Source of the DNA: Octopus sinensis
Lineage: Eukaryota
NCBI RefSeq assembly: GCF_006345805.1
Contig: NC_043002.1
Span: 93,992,001 to 94,056,000 of the forward strand
Length of the DNA stretch: 64,000 nucleotides
Reading direction: 5' to 3'
This document shows positions 24,927-38,458 of the stretch, one piece after another. The notes under the pieces were generated by a model. That model did no database searches, was not told where the DNA came from, and worked only from the letters and a program-made list of their open reading frames with translations. Made by a program: the position numbers and the translations under genes. Each line of letters begins with the position of its first letter. The stretch's first letter is position 1.

Positions 24927-26321
24927 ATTTTAACTTTACTGTCAGTCTTGAACTGTTTCCTCTCATGCTATTGTGTGAAATAACCTTTGTTCTATTGTTA
25001 TTCATGTACATTTTTAGTTTTGCTAAAATTCTAACTCAACAGTAACGACATCAACAAAAGAAACCTCAATTACAAAGAGAACAAATATTAAACAAAAAGT
25101 GCCAGCATGGTTTTCAGTTAAGTTTGCATTACAATCTTGCGGTTTTAGGCTCAGTCCCATTGCACTGTACCTTGGCCACATGTCTTCTACGATAGCTGTG
25201 TGTCAACTGATACCTTGTGAGTAAATTTAGTAATGGAAACTGCAGAAACTCAGCTTGTGTGTGTATGTGTCTTTCTGCTTATTTCTTTGCTTAACAACTG
25301 GCAGTGGTTTGTTTCTATTCCTGTAACTTAGTGGTTCACTAAAAAGTGACTGATAGAATAAATACTGAACTTGAAATAGATATTGGGATAACAGTTTAAT
25401 AAGTAAAAGTAATAGAAACAAGAGTTTTCCAGTTTTCTAAAGCAGTTAAATATTTTAGATTCTGTTAAAGGTTGAAGTGCTGAAGATAAAAAAGACTCTA
25501 CTAAAAATGTTCACATTTTTGTAACAATATTTATTGAATTTCATCCCTATCTCACTTATGTTTAAGGTAAATTTGTTAAAGATGTAGATAACATATTAGA
25601 AAGATACGATGTTTGTCATGAGGAGAGACATTTCCAAATGTTTTGGACAAATGTCCTTCTTCAGAGAGGCGGGAAAAGTATACCACAACTTGTAGAGTGA
25701 TTGCTAAGAAGCAAATATAAAACAGAGGAGAGTGGGTAAATTTAATTTGCTCACCATCACTATCACCATCATCTGTCATGAAGAGGAAGAAGATCATGAG
25801 TACCTACCTATCAACTCCTACCTGCATTGTCTTTGCTTTCCAACATTTTCAGTATTGGTGACCTCTTCTTTTTCTTTCTTTCCTTTTTTTTTCTTCAAAT
25901 TTTAAGCACTCTTAGATGTTTTTTTGTCTTCAAATTGCAGAAGTAATCTTTAAAGTTTTCCAACTCACTATGGATATGTTTGTTGATGGCTTATCTTTCT
26001 AGTTTTCTATTTTTCAAAGTTCTTTAAACCCAAACTTTCATTTGTTGATATTTTCATTTTCTGACCAATTCCACTTGATTTTCCTGTTTTTTTTTTCTCT
26101 GTAGCCATCACACTCTGCTTTGAGCATTTCTGATCTGACCTATAGCTTTCTGTTAACATTTTAGATGAAAGGGTGACCCCTATGACTATATTTCAGATTT
26201 TTAGGGTCTTCATAACTGTTGGAAGGAAGTAATGAAGTTATAACATACTAGATTATTACCTAAAGTATTACCAGAGAGTGGCTTTTGCTCAAGGCATCTA
26301 AGGATTGAGTGGTAATGTTTA

Positions 26322-26539
26322 CCTCTTTAGCATTTAAACCAACCATACCTAGTCCAAATATTCTACCTGTTTTATGTTCAAACTGGCCAGATCTAGCTTT
26401 TCACACCTACCCTACAATGTTATTAAAGTAAAGACTAATATCATTGAAACACTGAAACTATGAGATAATACATGATTAATTCAAAACAGTGTGAATAAAT
26501 AAGCATTAAATTTGAAAGAGAAATCTGAATGCTAAAGGG
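26322..26539. mobile_element. piggyBac-type MITE family (ccctttagca...tgctaaaggg, TTAA target)
   Basis: Right end gctaaaggg|ttaa. Homologous copies lie at 35127-35328, about 37990-38204, about 44083-44254 and 46045-46254. Confidence 0.7.
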
Positions 26540-27699
26540 TTAACAAAGTGGTTGATCAAATCTACAATTGAAGAACAAGTGAAGTTCTTCCTGTCGGATA
26601 CCATATAGTTTCTATCTGTCAACTTTCACTTGTCAAGACATGACTATTCCATCTTTTAAGGGTGTTTTGTTTTTGTAATCATCTTGTATCCATTCTGTCA
26701 GGTTTATGAAAAGTGTGTTTAATTGAATGGATTGGATTGAACCTATGTGACTAGAAAATGAGAATAAGTACATTAGGAGGAGGATGGATCATGATCTGCT
26801 ATAACTGGGAGCTAAATCTCTTTCAGATTCTTACATCTTTGAATGTTCTGGCTAAAGTAATCATGCGTATAATTTATTAAAAAATGGGTTGGTCATAGCT
26901 GGAATACCGAATGTAGTCAGTGAAATATGCATGCATGTGGTTTATGTGAGTGTGTGTGTGTATATAAATATATATGGACACAGTCATGTCATCAGTGATT
27001 GAGAAACCCACTTTACAATCATCGGGTTCTTAGTTCAATATCACTGTGTAGCATATTGGCTAAATGTCTTTACTATAATCTGATTGACCTAAGTCTTTTG
27101 AGTGAGTTTTAGTAAATAAGAATTGTGTACTAGCCCATCAGATGGATTGTACTTGTAGTTCAGGGATCCAGCCTTGACTTACTGCCATGTTGATTTTTCT
27201 TGAGAATTATGTTAAGGGTACATGTCTGGAATACTTAGCTACTTTGCATCCTAAGTAAGTCATCTTGTTGGTTCAACAAGACATCCATGTGTCAATATTG
27301 AGAAGAAAGTCCATCTATACATGACCTTGTGTATGTGTTTGTATCAGCTAGCCTGAGGCAAAATTCTGTACAGGCTGTTGGAGTTTCATGATGCAAATGA
27401 CTTGATCTGCAACACTAACTTGAAGAAACTAACCATTTGCCTGATCACCTATCAGTCCTGTGGAAACACATGCAAGATTGACTGTCCTTTCTGGAAAATG
27501 GGTTATACATTCTTCACCAGTGAAGGTCTTTGCATTCACAGCTGTCTATCTCGATGTAAGCTAGTGGTTTGTGAATTCAGACTTATAGCTAGAGGGATTC
27601 AGATGCACAAACCAGTTTGGAAAAAAGATATAGTAGTTTAAAGATCTATTAAACTGTCAGAAATTTAGAAAAATTTTAACTGAAGCAACTGATAAAAGG

Positions 27700-27955
27700 A
27701 AGTTCTTGCAGGACAACGTACTGAGAGTTAGACTAAATCTGTGGCTAATGCAAGGTTCTGGCCAGACAAAGGTTGATGTGGTTGTGGAACAATGAAGTGG
27801 ACAGAACCATAAATGGGAGCAGCAAAGACTTAGACGATGTAGCTAGAAGAAAATCTATGTGACAAGATTATTTAGCAAATGGAGAAGCAGAAAGTAAGAG
27901 ATGTGCCAGTGTTCTACAATATGAGGACCAGAGACATGAGGTGTTTCTACAACCA
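27700..27955 (+). mobile_element. RTE LINE remnant (region between endonuclease and RT)
   Basis: Degenerate WLWNNEVDRTI / EAE..RCASVLQYEDQRHEVF, similar to RTE ORF2. Confidence 0.5.
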
Positions 27956-28951
27956 CATAAACCCCATTATTAACTCAAAAGTATATTGTGTATGTAGTTG
28001 GTTTTCACCATATTTTAGAGTGCATGCAACCTACTTTTCAATGTATGCCGTTGCTGTGTGAGTAACTGTCTTATCCAGGTCATTGCACTCTCTACAAAAC
28101 GTCTTTATTAAAACATTCATTGCATGTCATTATATTATACAGAGTGTTTTGTCTGAAATGTGTTACAGAAATATATAGTTGCATATCAATGTGTAAAAGA
28201 AGTATCATTGTTACTTTCTGGAATGTATTATTATATAACATAGTTAGATATGAGGCTTACATAATCAGTATTCAACCAATGAACTCATTTTATTTTGTTG
28301 AATGTCTGTCGCTCCGTGTAGTATATTTATGAATTTCTTTTATGTGTCTCTGTTTTGGATTATGCATATTTGTTATTACGATGTGACTCCTAGCTGAAAA
28401 TTATTACATATGTGTGTTGTAAGAGGCAAATGTTGTTATAACAAATACTGATTTTCCGTTCTTTGTTGTGAATTTGTTTCATTTGATGGCATGTTAATAA
28501 CATCTTTAGGTCAGCCATCTCAATAAATTTTGATGAGGACGCATTTAGCCTACATTTTGGCAACATTTTTGTTAAAAAAAGTTTAGTGAAAAATAAAGAA
28601 ATCTTTTGTTTTAAATAATGGCGATGAGTTGAAAGAAAGAAAATTCAAACAATTCTAGTAATGATGATTTTTTTTCATTATCATGAAAAATTATCAACTA
28701 CATAGGCACTGTCATGAGTGTCTGATAAGAAGTTTGTTTCTCAACCACATAGTTCTGAGGTTAGTTACACTGTGTGGCACTTTGGATAAGTGCCTTCTGC
28801 TATAGTGCTTTGGGCCAACCAAAGCCTTGTGAGTGGATTTGGTAGACAGAAACTGTAAAAAGCCTGTTGTGTGTATATTTGTCTCACCCATTGCAGCATG
28901 GAAGGCGGATGTTAAATGATGATGATGAGGATGGTATATATATGTTATAAT

Positions 28952-29183
28952 AAGGCGGCGAGCTGGCAGAAACGTTAGCACGCCGGGCGAAATACTTAGT
29001 GGTATTTCGTCTGCATTACGTTGTGAGTTCAAATTCCGCCGAGGTCGACTTTGCCTTTCATCCTTTCGGGGTCGATAAATTAAGTACCAGTTACGCACTT
29101 GGGTCGATGTAAATGACTTAATACCTATGTCTGTCCTTGTTTGTCCCCTCTGTGTTTAGCCCCTTGTGGGTAATAAAGAAATA
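28952..29183 (+). mobile_element. tRNA-derived SINE family 2, young copy
   Basis: Head aaggcggcgagctggcag with B-box gagttcaaattcc, flanked by the 19-bp direct repeat ggtatatatatgttataat (28933-28951, 29184-29202). Older copies occur at about 1-150, 4300-5290, 12085-12300, 14080-14510 and 19330-19515. Confidence 0.88.
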
Positions 29184-29482
29184 GGTATATATATGTTATA
29201 ATATATATATTATATATGTATGATATATATATTATGCTAGCAGTTAAGCCTGGCTTCACCTGGTCTGTTTGGATGATGTGGCTGTGATCATTTTTGGTTA
29301 GGCATAATCTATAACAGCGTTTCTCAACCTTATCATTTTTGGTCCCCTGTTTCGATTGAAGCCTCCAGCTGTATGAAAATTTATCCCTCCCCCCCATCAG
29401 AAAACAGCTTCAGGAGTTGTGAAGAAAGAATTTTTATGTAGTCTGTTTCTGAGAGCTATTGTATTGGACCTCTGTCTAATCA

Positions 29483-30057
29483 TTAAAACATTTATTTAAT
29501 TATGAACATGGAAAGAAATTATACATTAATCCCTATTTTTGTAAGCAGTTGTATCGGTAAAAATTTTATTTGCAGATGGCAGAAATTGAAGGAAGATATG
29601 TGAAATGGACATGTGTGTGCTTGCGCGTTTGGATGCGAGAGATAGTGAGTGAATGAAGGTATGTGTCATTGAGTTACGTTGTCTGGCACGGTGACTACGA
29701 TGCTTTTGAGGTGGCAGATGACTGGGGTGATTTGAAAGATGTGAAGAAATGCCATCTTTTCAGTGGAGCGCTTCTTTGTAGGCAACGTTTCTCGTTTTCC
29801 CTTCTGATGCATAAATGTGGACTTAGTGGTCTGCCAACACAGGAGCATCCAACGTAAAGTTGACCGTGGGAGAACACTTGCTCTGTGAGATTTAAACCAA
29901 CCATTTGCAATGATTGACCCTGTGCCTTATTTATTGTCATTGCAAAGGAGAGTTTGATAGGAAATTGAAGCTGCTTAAACTTGTAGATCGTATCGGAGGG
30001 AGTGAGGGACATTGGAGTTGCAAGAACATCTTGACCAGCGGCCGGTCCATTCAATTC
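29483..30057 (-). mobile_element. Helitron PIF1-helicase 3' fragment plus 3' UTR, flanked by a 21-bp direct repeat
   Basis: Encodes QFPIKLSFAMTINKAQGQSL..VGL..VFSHGQLYVGCS and, after a frameshift, TRNVAYKEALH*. The repeat tattggacctctgtctaatca lies at 29462-29482 and 30058-30078. Confidence 0.85.
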
Positions 30058-32429
30058 TATTGGACCTCTGTCTAATCACGTCTTTTAAAGCTACACCCAC
30101 ATTCATAGAAAATGTGAGGTCATGGTAGAAAATTTTTACGATAGTTGATTTATGGAAAAGATTATGTGAAATCTTTGAAATGCAAATCTAAAAATGAAAA
30201 TGAAGTTCTGATGTCTACATGGTAGGTAAACCTGGTAGAAATAGCAGCCAAATTTCCCTCAAAACACCCGACTGTATTAATCTGACAATTCTGCGTATTA
30301 TGTTTTTTTTAATGAGAAACTGTAACTAAAGATGAAGATAATTAACCCCACAAAGAGATGAAAGAAGAGAGACAGCGTAGGGAAAGTTTTGATAGAGAAA
30401 GTGAAATAGCCTAGCTGTGGATGTTACTCTTTTACTCTTTTGTGTGTTCATGCTGGGGGCTCTATCATTATTCAGTTTGTTCTTTTTTCTTTTGTTATTA
30501 GGTTTAAATGTTTATCCATATTGTCTGATTAGACAGATACCTACATCAACAGAAAGGAAAATCAATATGATAAATAGATAGGTAGGTCGGTAAGTCTGCA
30601 GATATACCCATAGATATACAGGTAAATAGATACGTCATTAGATATACAGATAGATAAATAGTTGAATTGAAATGGAAAGAAATGAAAATCTTGATTGTTA
30701 CTGATAAGTATGGTGGAAAAGTGGACATAAAAATAAAAATGATGATATATATGTGAGTAAAGATTGTGAAATAAAATGAACGGTCGGTTAACAAAATTAA
30801 AGATAAATGAAATTAAAAATTTAGTGTCTTATCATAATTGAATATTCTCATTCTCTACAGATAAGTGGTTTTATTTTGTTAGTTATTCAGTTTATTGAGG
30901 GTGAAACTGATAGTGTTAAAATGCTGATGAAATATTGTGATAAAGCATAGAACTTTAAACAACTTGAAATATTATTACAGTAGTTCAGCTTGTTTGAAAT
31001 CTTTTCTTCTCACATCAAAGTATATATAGGTTTGTGAAAATTTTAATTCATTTTACTTTTCTTCCACACGATTAGTGGTTAATGTAACATTAATGTGGAT
31101 ATGTTATTCCGAGAGAGAGAGAGAGGGGGAGTTGTGTGTGATGTAGATAATACTTCGTTAGTTAAGCGTTGCATTTTGTTTATTCTGAAATGGATAAAAA
31201 TTATATATAATCTGGAATCCAAAACAAGAAAAAAAAATCCATTTAAATTTAAATTTCATTTGCAGTTAACCACCATATCTATTTACGTGTTAATGTGTAA
31301 TAAACTGAAGATAAAAATCAAAAAAACTTGAATTGGAATTCCTAAACTTGCTTCATAGACATACACAAATAAGCAGATATGCCGATGTGTGTGTAAAATA
31401 TGTAGCTGTATTTATCCTGGTTTTTAGAGTAGGTACAGTATAGACCTAGATGTTGTAAGAGTTTACTGAAAGGTTTGACATCGGGGATGATATCTGACCT
31501 TAAAATGCTTCCTTAAAAAAAAGTCTTAAATTTGTTATAGAGGAGTGGATGTTAAACAGTCATAATAATATCTATATATTTCAGTGTGTGGTTATCTAAG
31601 AATTATGTGTTATGTAGCCCATCTTATGTAGTTGTAGGGAGAATGAGCTACAAGTATTGTTCTGTTTTTGTTTCCTGTAGCCCATGATCACATCTGGCTG
31701 TATGACTGAAGACCTTTCAGCTGTGACTTTCCCATATATAGTAATGATGTATAGTGAAAAATAATTTTTACCATAAAAGCATCTGTTACTTAAAATATTT
31801 TTAAAGCAATAAGTCCAACAAAATGTATTTCATTTTGCCCAAAGACACATCAGTGGCTTAACGATATTCTTATATTTTGTTTTGTCTCAAATCATATTAG
31901 TGGCCTAATCTTGTATCTAATACATTTTGTTTTATCCGAATATCTGTCAGTATCCTGTGTATCTGTGAACCAGTAACCCAAGGATATCTAGACATTTTTT
32001 TTTAGTTATAAAGTCACTGTATATTCTTAGTTGCTATGTCTATATTTGTCATTGTGCCTGATGTTTGTCCTCATGCTGTCATATTTCACTTGTTTTGACA
32101 AAGGTTTTATTGAGCTTTAAATGGACTTAAACTACCTGCAGACATTTAGGCACCAAGATTAAATGATTACTGCTCTTTACCTTGAAACAGCATGTGTGGA
32201 GTACATTCACAATCATAATAAGAAATACTCTATGTGGGTAAAATAAACATTGAAGACACTTTGTCCATACTAGAAACTGCTGGAGCCACTTAGATTTTGA
32301 AGCTTTTCTCCTGATAGTGACTGAAGTTATCAAAATGATGAGAACCCATCAGCAGGTTTCATGAAGTTACAAGCATTTTGCCTGTATGCTTTGCTTGAGT
32401 GGAGCAGTAAGGACTGAATTAATCTTTAC

Positions 32430-32600
32430 CAACAGAAGGGTTCCATCTGTGACCTGTTTGTGAGGAACCCATTGACCCAATTTGCTGACTTTTCCTATAG
32501 CACGCAGGTGTTGTTGAAAGTTTGAATGACCATATCCAAGCTTCTCTGCTAGTTCTTCAACAGTTATTAATGATCTCAACCCTAATCCTAACTTGAACAC
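32430..32600 (-). mobile_element. mariner transposase fragment
   Basis: ITVEELAEKLGYGHSNFQQHLRAIGKVSKLGQWVPH (WVPHEL-type motif). Confidence 0.8.
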
Positions 32601-32670
32601 TTATTTGGAGCCTGTTTTAATGTTAGCCAGAAAAATCTAAAAATATGATACTAAAATGGTATCTAATATA

Positions 32671-33853
32671 CAGGGTGTTTGAACTAAATTTGACAATTTG
32701 CATAAAAGTAAAAAAAAAAGCAATATCCCGTTCAAAAATAAATGAAATTCTGACTGAGAGATAATTTACTTAAAGTAGCCACCTTCAGCTTCCACCACAG
32801 CATCTAAATTGCTTGGGAACCTAGTGCATGCATTCCTTACTGTGTCCCTGGGAAGATCTTCAAATATCTCCTCGTGATCTTGGCTGCCAGCTTGGCCTTG
32901 ATGTTGCAGGCAGAGTGGTTGGTGTCTTTCTCAACTGTGAGCCCCCACCATCATACATAGTAATCCATGGGATTACAAGTGGGGTGAATTAGGAGGCCAG
33001 AAACTTGGCTGGTGAAGTTATAGAAATTCTCTGATAACCACTTCTCTTTCTGGAGATATGGCAAGGAACTGAATTCTGCTGCTATCCATATCAGCTTCCA
33101 GCAGCAACCTTCTCCAACCAGGGATTGACCACAGTCTCCAAAGGCTTCACATAGCCATCTGAATTGAGCATAAGGACCAGTCCTGCAGTTGAGAAATTGC
33201 AGCATGTGGATGCAGTCAGAATGCCCACTGTGTCCCGTTCTGCTTGCCATGTCTTTGTAGTCTCTATTACAGCTGCCCATGTCATGTCTTACAACCTTTA
33301 CAATGTTCACAGATAATTGAGTGACAGTCATGATGTCAGCATTTTGATACTCAGTACAAATCATCATGGTATAGGTAACTCTTTTTCAATATTCAGGTAG
33401 CTTCCAGTCTGCCATATCAGCTAACTTTTTTTCAATTACAACTTGTTTGTTCCTTCTCGATCCACGCCTGGCTCATAAGGGCCGGTTTCTTAGCGTATAG
33501 GTTCCCCACCTGGATGGGACGCCGGTCTGTCGCAGGTGAGCTGCAAGATGCAGGAGGAAAGAGTGAGAGAAAGTTGTGGCGAAAGAGTCAGCAGAAGTTT
33601 GCCATTACCTTCTGCTGGAGCCACATGGAGCTTAGGTGTTTTCACTCATAAACATACACATCGCCCTGTCTGAGATTTGAACCTGTGATCCCTCAACCGC
33701 GAATCTGCTGCTCTAACCACTAGGCCATGTGCCTTCACAATTACAACTTGATTCTTTGTGCTCTCCAGTGCCATTGACTGTTCACTAATACATCAAGCTG
33801 TTCTTGAAAAAAAAAGAGACTTAAAAAATGTCAAATTTAGCCCAAGCACTCTG
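32671..33853 (-). mobile_element. Internally deleted Tc1/mariner (maT/DD37D-like) element with a SINE insertion
   Basis: TIRs cagggtgtttgaactaaatttgaca / tgtcaaatttagcccaagcactctg (21 of 25 match) with TA flanks. Fragments LNSDGYVKPLETVVNPWLEKVAAG, KWLSENFYNFTS and CNPMDYYV. Confidence 0.82.
33446..33737 (-). mobile_element. tRNA-derived SINE family 4
   Basis: tRNA-like head on the minus strand (tggcctagtggttagagca...ggttcaaatctc) and a perfect 13-bp TSD caattacaacttg (33433-33445, 33738-33750). Confidence 0.88.
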
Positions 33854-34198
33854 TATATGAAGTTAAATTATAGAATGTATTAAATAGAATCTAATGTGAT
33901 AAGAGAAAATGATTTATAGGGCAAATTTACAAAACAAAAAAAAAAATTTAAAAAAGGGTATCTTTTCAGTTACAATTGGAGTTTGTTCTGACCCAAAATA
34001 AATGGTGGTGGGGGATCCTACTGATTATGAATTCTAAGAAAGTTAAAGAAAAACTAACTGAACACTGAACACGTTTTAGATAATAATATTTGTCTGTATA
34101 ATAATCTACTTGTCTAGGTAGGCATTAGCTCCGAATATAGCTTAATCAAACTGTACCAACCAATCCAACACTTGTCTACATTGCTAATGGGTATAAAA

Positions 34199-34573
34199 GT
34201 GGAGGTGCAATGGGCAGCGGACTCGTGGTCATAGGATCGCGGTTTCGATTCCCAGACCGGGCGTTGTGAGTGTTTATTGAGCGAAAACACCTAAAGCTAC
34301 ACGAGGCTCCGGCAGGGGATGGTGGTGATCTCTGCTGTACTCTTTCACCACAACTTTCTCTCACTTTTACTTCCTGTTTCTGTTGTACCTGTATTTCAAA
34401 GGGCCGGCCTTGTCACTCTCTGTGTCATGCTGAATATCCCCGAGAACTACGTTAAGGGTACACGTGTCTGTGGAGTGCTCAGCCACTTACACGTTAATTT
34501 CACGAGCAGGCTGTTCCGTTGATTCAGATCAACCGGAACCCTCGTCGTCGTAACCGACGGAGTGCTTTAAGTC
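34199..34573 (+). mobile_element. tRNA-derived SINE related to family 4 (different 3' half), CpG-rich
   Basis: B-box ggtttcgattccc; shares the aaaacacctaa(a)gct...caactttctctcact body with 33446-33737; perfect 13-bp TSD aatgggtataaaa (34186-34198, 34574-34586). Confidence 0.88.
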
Positions 34574-35126
34574 AATGGGTATAAAATGATGATTATATGA
34601 GGAAAAAATAATTGGTGATGGCAAAAAAATTTTAGAAATTAACAGAATGATAAGCTCTAAAAATTCTGCTTTGCTACAATCACTGACAATCTCTCCCACA
34701 CAACCACATACTCTTGCACACATGGTTACACATACATACACACACATACACACTCACAAATGGTGTCATGCACACACATGTTCTCTCCTCCACCAGTTGC
34801 TCTAATTTATTTTCATATCTCATTTCATCTCATTGCTTGTTCACTGTTGCATGTTTTATTTTACAATGTAGATAATCAGTACGACTGTTATATAAATTGT
34901 TACAGAATGTGTGGATGAAAACACCTGAAATCGAGCCAAAACAGTACACGTCCCTTGTGAAACCTTGCTGAGCATGACCTATGTGAAACATCACTGAACA
35001 TTGCCCCTGTAAAGCATCGTTTTACTGCTCATGGCCCCTGTAAAACATTCTGACACAGAACCTTTGTGAAACATCACTGTGAATGGCTCCTGTGAAATAT
35101 CAGTATATTACCTTACATAGTTTTAA

Positions 35127-35328
35127 CCCTTTAGCATTTAATCTGGCCGTATCTGACCCAAATACTCTACTTGTTTTATGTTAAAACCAGACAGATCTGA
35201 TCTCTCACATGTACTTAACAATGTCATTCTAAAAATTGCGTAATCTTGAAACTACAAGACAATGATAAATTTAAAACACACTGTGAATAAATAAACGTTT
35301 TTGACAAAGTAATCTGATTGCTAAAGGC
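35127..35328. mobile_element. piggyBac-type MITE
   Basis: ttaa|ccctttagca ... tgctaaaggc|ttaa. Confidence 0.8.
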
Positions 35329-36287
35329 TTAAATCATCATCATCATTGTTCGACCGTGGTCGAGACAATGGAGTTTACCATGCTATGTCAGACTTCACAG
35401 TCCATCATAGCATTACGGAGGTCCTGTTGCTGGATGCCTGTATCCCTGGAGATTACATCAGGGTAGGAGAGTGTGCGCCCTCTGGTATTGCGAGTAGATG
35501 GCTTCCAGAGGAGAAGAGTAGAAATTGCCTCGTTTTTCAGCTCTACAACAATGTCCAGCAAACTGGACTCTCCTACCTTTCACAAGAGATGACACAGGTG
35601 GTAGTTTCCCAAGGGTTAAAGAGCAAGTTTGGTTTTAAAAATGGGAGAATAACTGAGCATTGACAGGTGAGGGTTAATCTGGGAACATTGGTAGGAATGG
35701 GTGACTGGGAATATTGGCTGAAACTTGGTGTTGTCATGACTGTGCTATAGTACAACGAGGTCAAACAGAAACTCCTTGTTGGAAAAACAAACTTTTTAAT
35801 CATGTAGCCACACCTGCACTTTTTTTTATTCTCTATGACTACGAACTGTAATTCAGTGTGTGAATAATTAATGGAATATTTTCTGGCTTTCCTTCTATTA
35901 GATTCTGCACACAGTCACCTCTCTCCAACCCAAATTTTCAAACTGTTTTTATTCAGTTGATCTGTTTGCTTTTTAAATGCGACACTACTAGAAAGACCAG
36001 TTATTTTTCTTCCCACAATTATCAATGTATGGATGATTTAATAAAGTTCTATTTATAATTTATTTTCAGCAGTCAGTATATTGGAAATCTGACACTAAAC
36101 TATTTTGTTTTTATTCGTGAAGAAAATTTCATTTATGTATTTCATTTTGTTTTTTCTTTTTCTGCAGATTGTGTTCGAAGAGCCAAGTGAAAACAGAAGG
36201 GGGCAAACAAAAAAATCTTCACAGAAATTTTCTTACCGTCCAACATTCCTTGTCACATCTTTCTGATTTCCCTTCCTCTCCAACAAT

Positions 36288-36457
36288 ATGTTTGCAATAA
36301 TTACAGAAGTGGCTGAGGAATCTGATCCCAGTTCAGAAGGCAGCATGATATCTTTACTGGATATTGCAGTTGTTAGTACGCTTATAGGATTGGCTTTTTA
36401 TTACCTTTTCTGGCGGAAAACAGAAGATTCAATGGATTTTCAAAGACTGAATATTGT
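36288..36457 (+). CDS. POR: NADPH-cytochrome P450 reductase, coding exon 1 (N-terminal membrane anchor)
   Basis: ATG at 36288 is preceded by an in-frame TGA. Encodes MFAIITEVAEESDPSSEGSMISLLDIAVVSTLIGLAFYYLFWRKTEDSMDFQRLNIV: a hydrophobic anchor followed by basic residues. Acceptor ttctgcag ends at 36167; donor gtgagt at 36458 (phase 2). Confidence 0.85.
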
Positions 36458-38271
36458 GTGAGTTGATCATCTTATTGATTGGATTTTATTTTATTTTGTG
36501 TACATTTTAAAATTATTAAGAAATTTTACATTAGACTAATTTGTGAAGAGAACATGAATTTAATTTACTTTTAATATTTTAGGGAAGAAACCATATTTGC
36601 TTTTGCACAAAGATAAAATTATTTAGATCTTACCTTTTCTTATAGCCATTTTATTAAAGATATAAGGAATAAAAATGTTGGGATGAAAATAAGTCTTTTT
36701 TTTAGGTATTATTGAGAAATTATTAAAACGAGTCTTTTTCACAAAGTTGGTCAAATGCAAATATAGCTATAAATAATAGCTTGTATATTACATGCTATTA
36801 TAGCTACACTTATTTATGAGCAACTTTGTACTTGTTCCTTTACATCCAGTTTTTGCATGCTGGGATGATTAAAAATGTATACATTCAGTTGTCATTGGAA
36901 AAAAACCAGTATTTTAGATATAGCTCCCTTGCAAACTACCAACCATTCAGCCACATATTGCATATAGTACTGGTTCTCTGCCAGGCAGATTTATCTGTTT
37001 TGCAGAACGCAGTCTTAATAGTTGCTAACATTATTGTCTCTGCTCACAGAATTTTTGATGTTTGGAAAAGAAATATTTCTCAATTATATTTGTTATGGAA
37101 AAAAAAAAAAAAAAAACAAAAAACAAAACAAATTGACTGTTATTAGATTTGTTGCTTTAAAGAACTACTACTGTTACCGTAATTTTGTATTTATAATCTT
37201 GAGGAAGGAAAGTAATTCTGAGAGATCCAAGCAAAAATGAAATCTCTTATTTGTTTATAAATTGAAACATCACAAAAATTTTTGAGAACATTTTAAAGGA
37301 GGAATTTCTGTTTACCATATTTATCCACACATAACATGCTTGCTGCTACTTAGAACCACACACACAGATAACTCCACACTTTACTTATCCTTATATATTC
37401 AAACACTGACATTATTAGCTTACATTCTAGACACCCCCTGTCGGATGTATATTATTTCATTCACATTAGTATATTTGTATCATGATTTATTTATAAATCA
37501 TTCATTGTTGCAGTTCTTTTATTCTTCATTATATAGAAGTCATTTCTTCTCTTCTGATTTAAAATAATAATATGAAAAAATTAAGATTATTTCTTCAGGT
37601 AGTTTTACCTGTTTTTAGTGTTGCTAACACTGCTACTACCACTGTTTTATCTCTGCTTCCATGCAGTCATGAGTTGGATAGTTCATTTTAGATTGAGTTT
37701 TCTCCTTCTCAGTTACTGCTCTCCCGAAACATTCTAAATTTGGCATGGTCTCTATGGCTGAATACTCCTCCTAACACCAACTACTTTATGGCATTTTATC
37801 ATGGCACCAGAATTGTTGTCATGTTCTCACCAGGATATGACTAAAAAAAAATTCACTCTAATGATGTAAATAATCCAATGACTCTATCTCATCCATTTAA
37901 ACATTGAAATAGTTAAATCATAAAGTTCATTTCTCCCGAGTTCTGTTCTACATTTGGTCTGCTGATGCTTTTCTGACTCTCTTTGTTTTCTACATTCGAA
38001 TTATTCTGCTAAATGTAAAGCTTACTTATTCATATCATTTCGAATTGATCATGCATTGTCTCATAGCCTTGAGATTTTGATGATGTTATTGTCTATTTGT
38101 AGGATGACGTTGTAGGGTAGGTGTGAGAAGCTAGACCTGGCCAGTTTGAACCTGAAACAGCAGGCATATTTGGACCGGATATGGCTAGTTTAAATGTTAA
38201 AGTGTTAATCTTACTGCCTGTTACACAGTTACCAACCTTATTTCTAATCCCTCTCTTCCTCACTCTTTCAG

Positions 38272-38323
38272 CCCAGCTGCAAAAACAGAAGACAGTGGAT
38301 TAATAGGAAAGATGAAAACTTTG
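38272..38323 (+). CDS. POR: POR coding exon 2
   Basis: 52 nt; ctttcag acceptor, gtaaga donor. Encodes (V)PAAKTEDSGLIGKMKTL, matching the linker before the FMN domain. Phases 2/0 fit both neighbouring exons. Confidence 0.85.
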
Positions 38324-38458
38324 GTAAGAGTTTAATAGCTGTATAATTTAAAATAGTTTATCTACTGCATGAGTCCAGCCATTGTTGTTTGGGGATAATA
38401 TAATTTGCTTTATATATTTACCTAGTGACTTTGTGTTTACACACTTTAATATATACAC

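Noticed and set aside
28952-29030. tRNA-like sequences with A/B boxes (also 6739, 33660-33737 and 34199)
   Set aside because: They are SINE heads: there is no complete cloverleaf and each continues into a SINE body with a TSD or tail.
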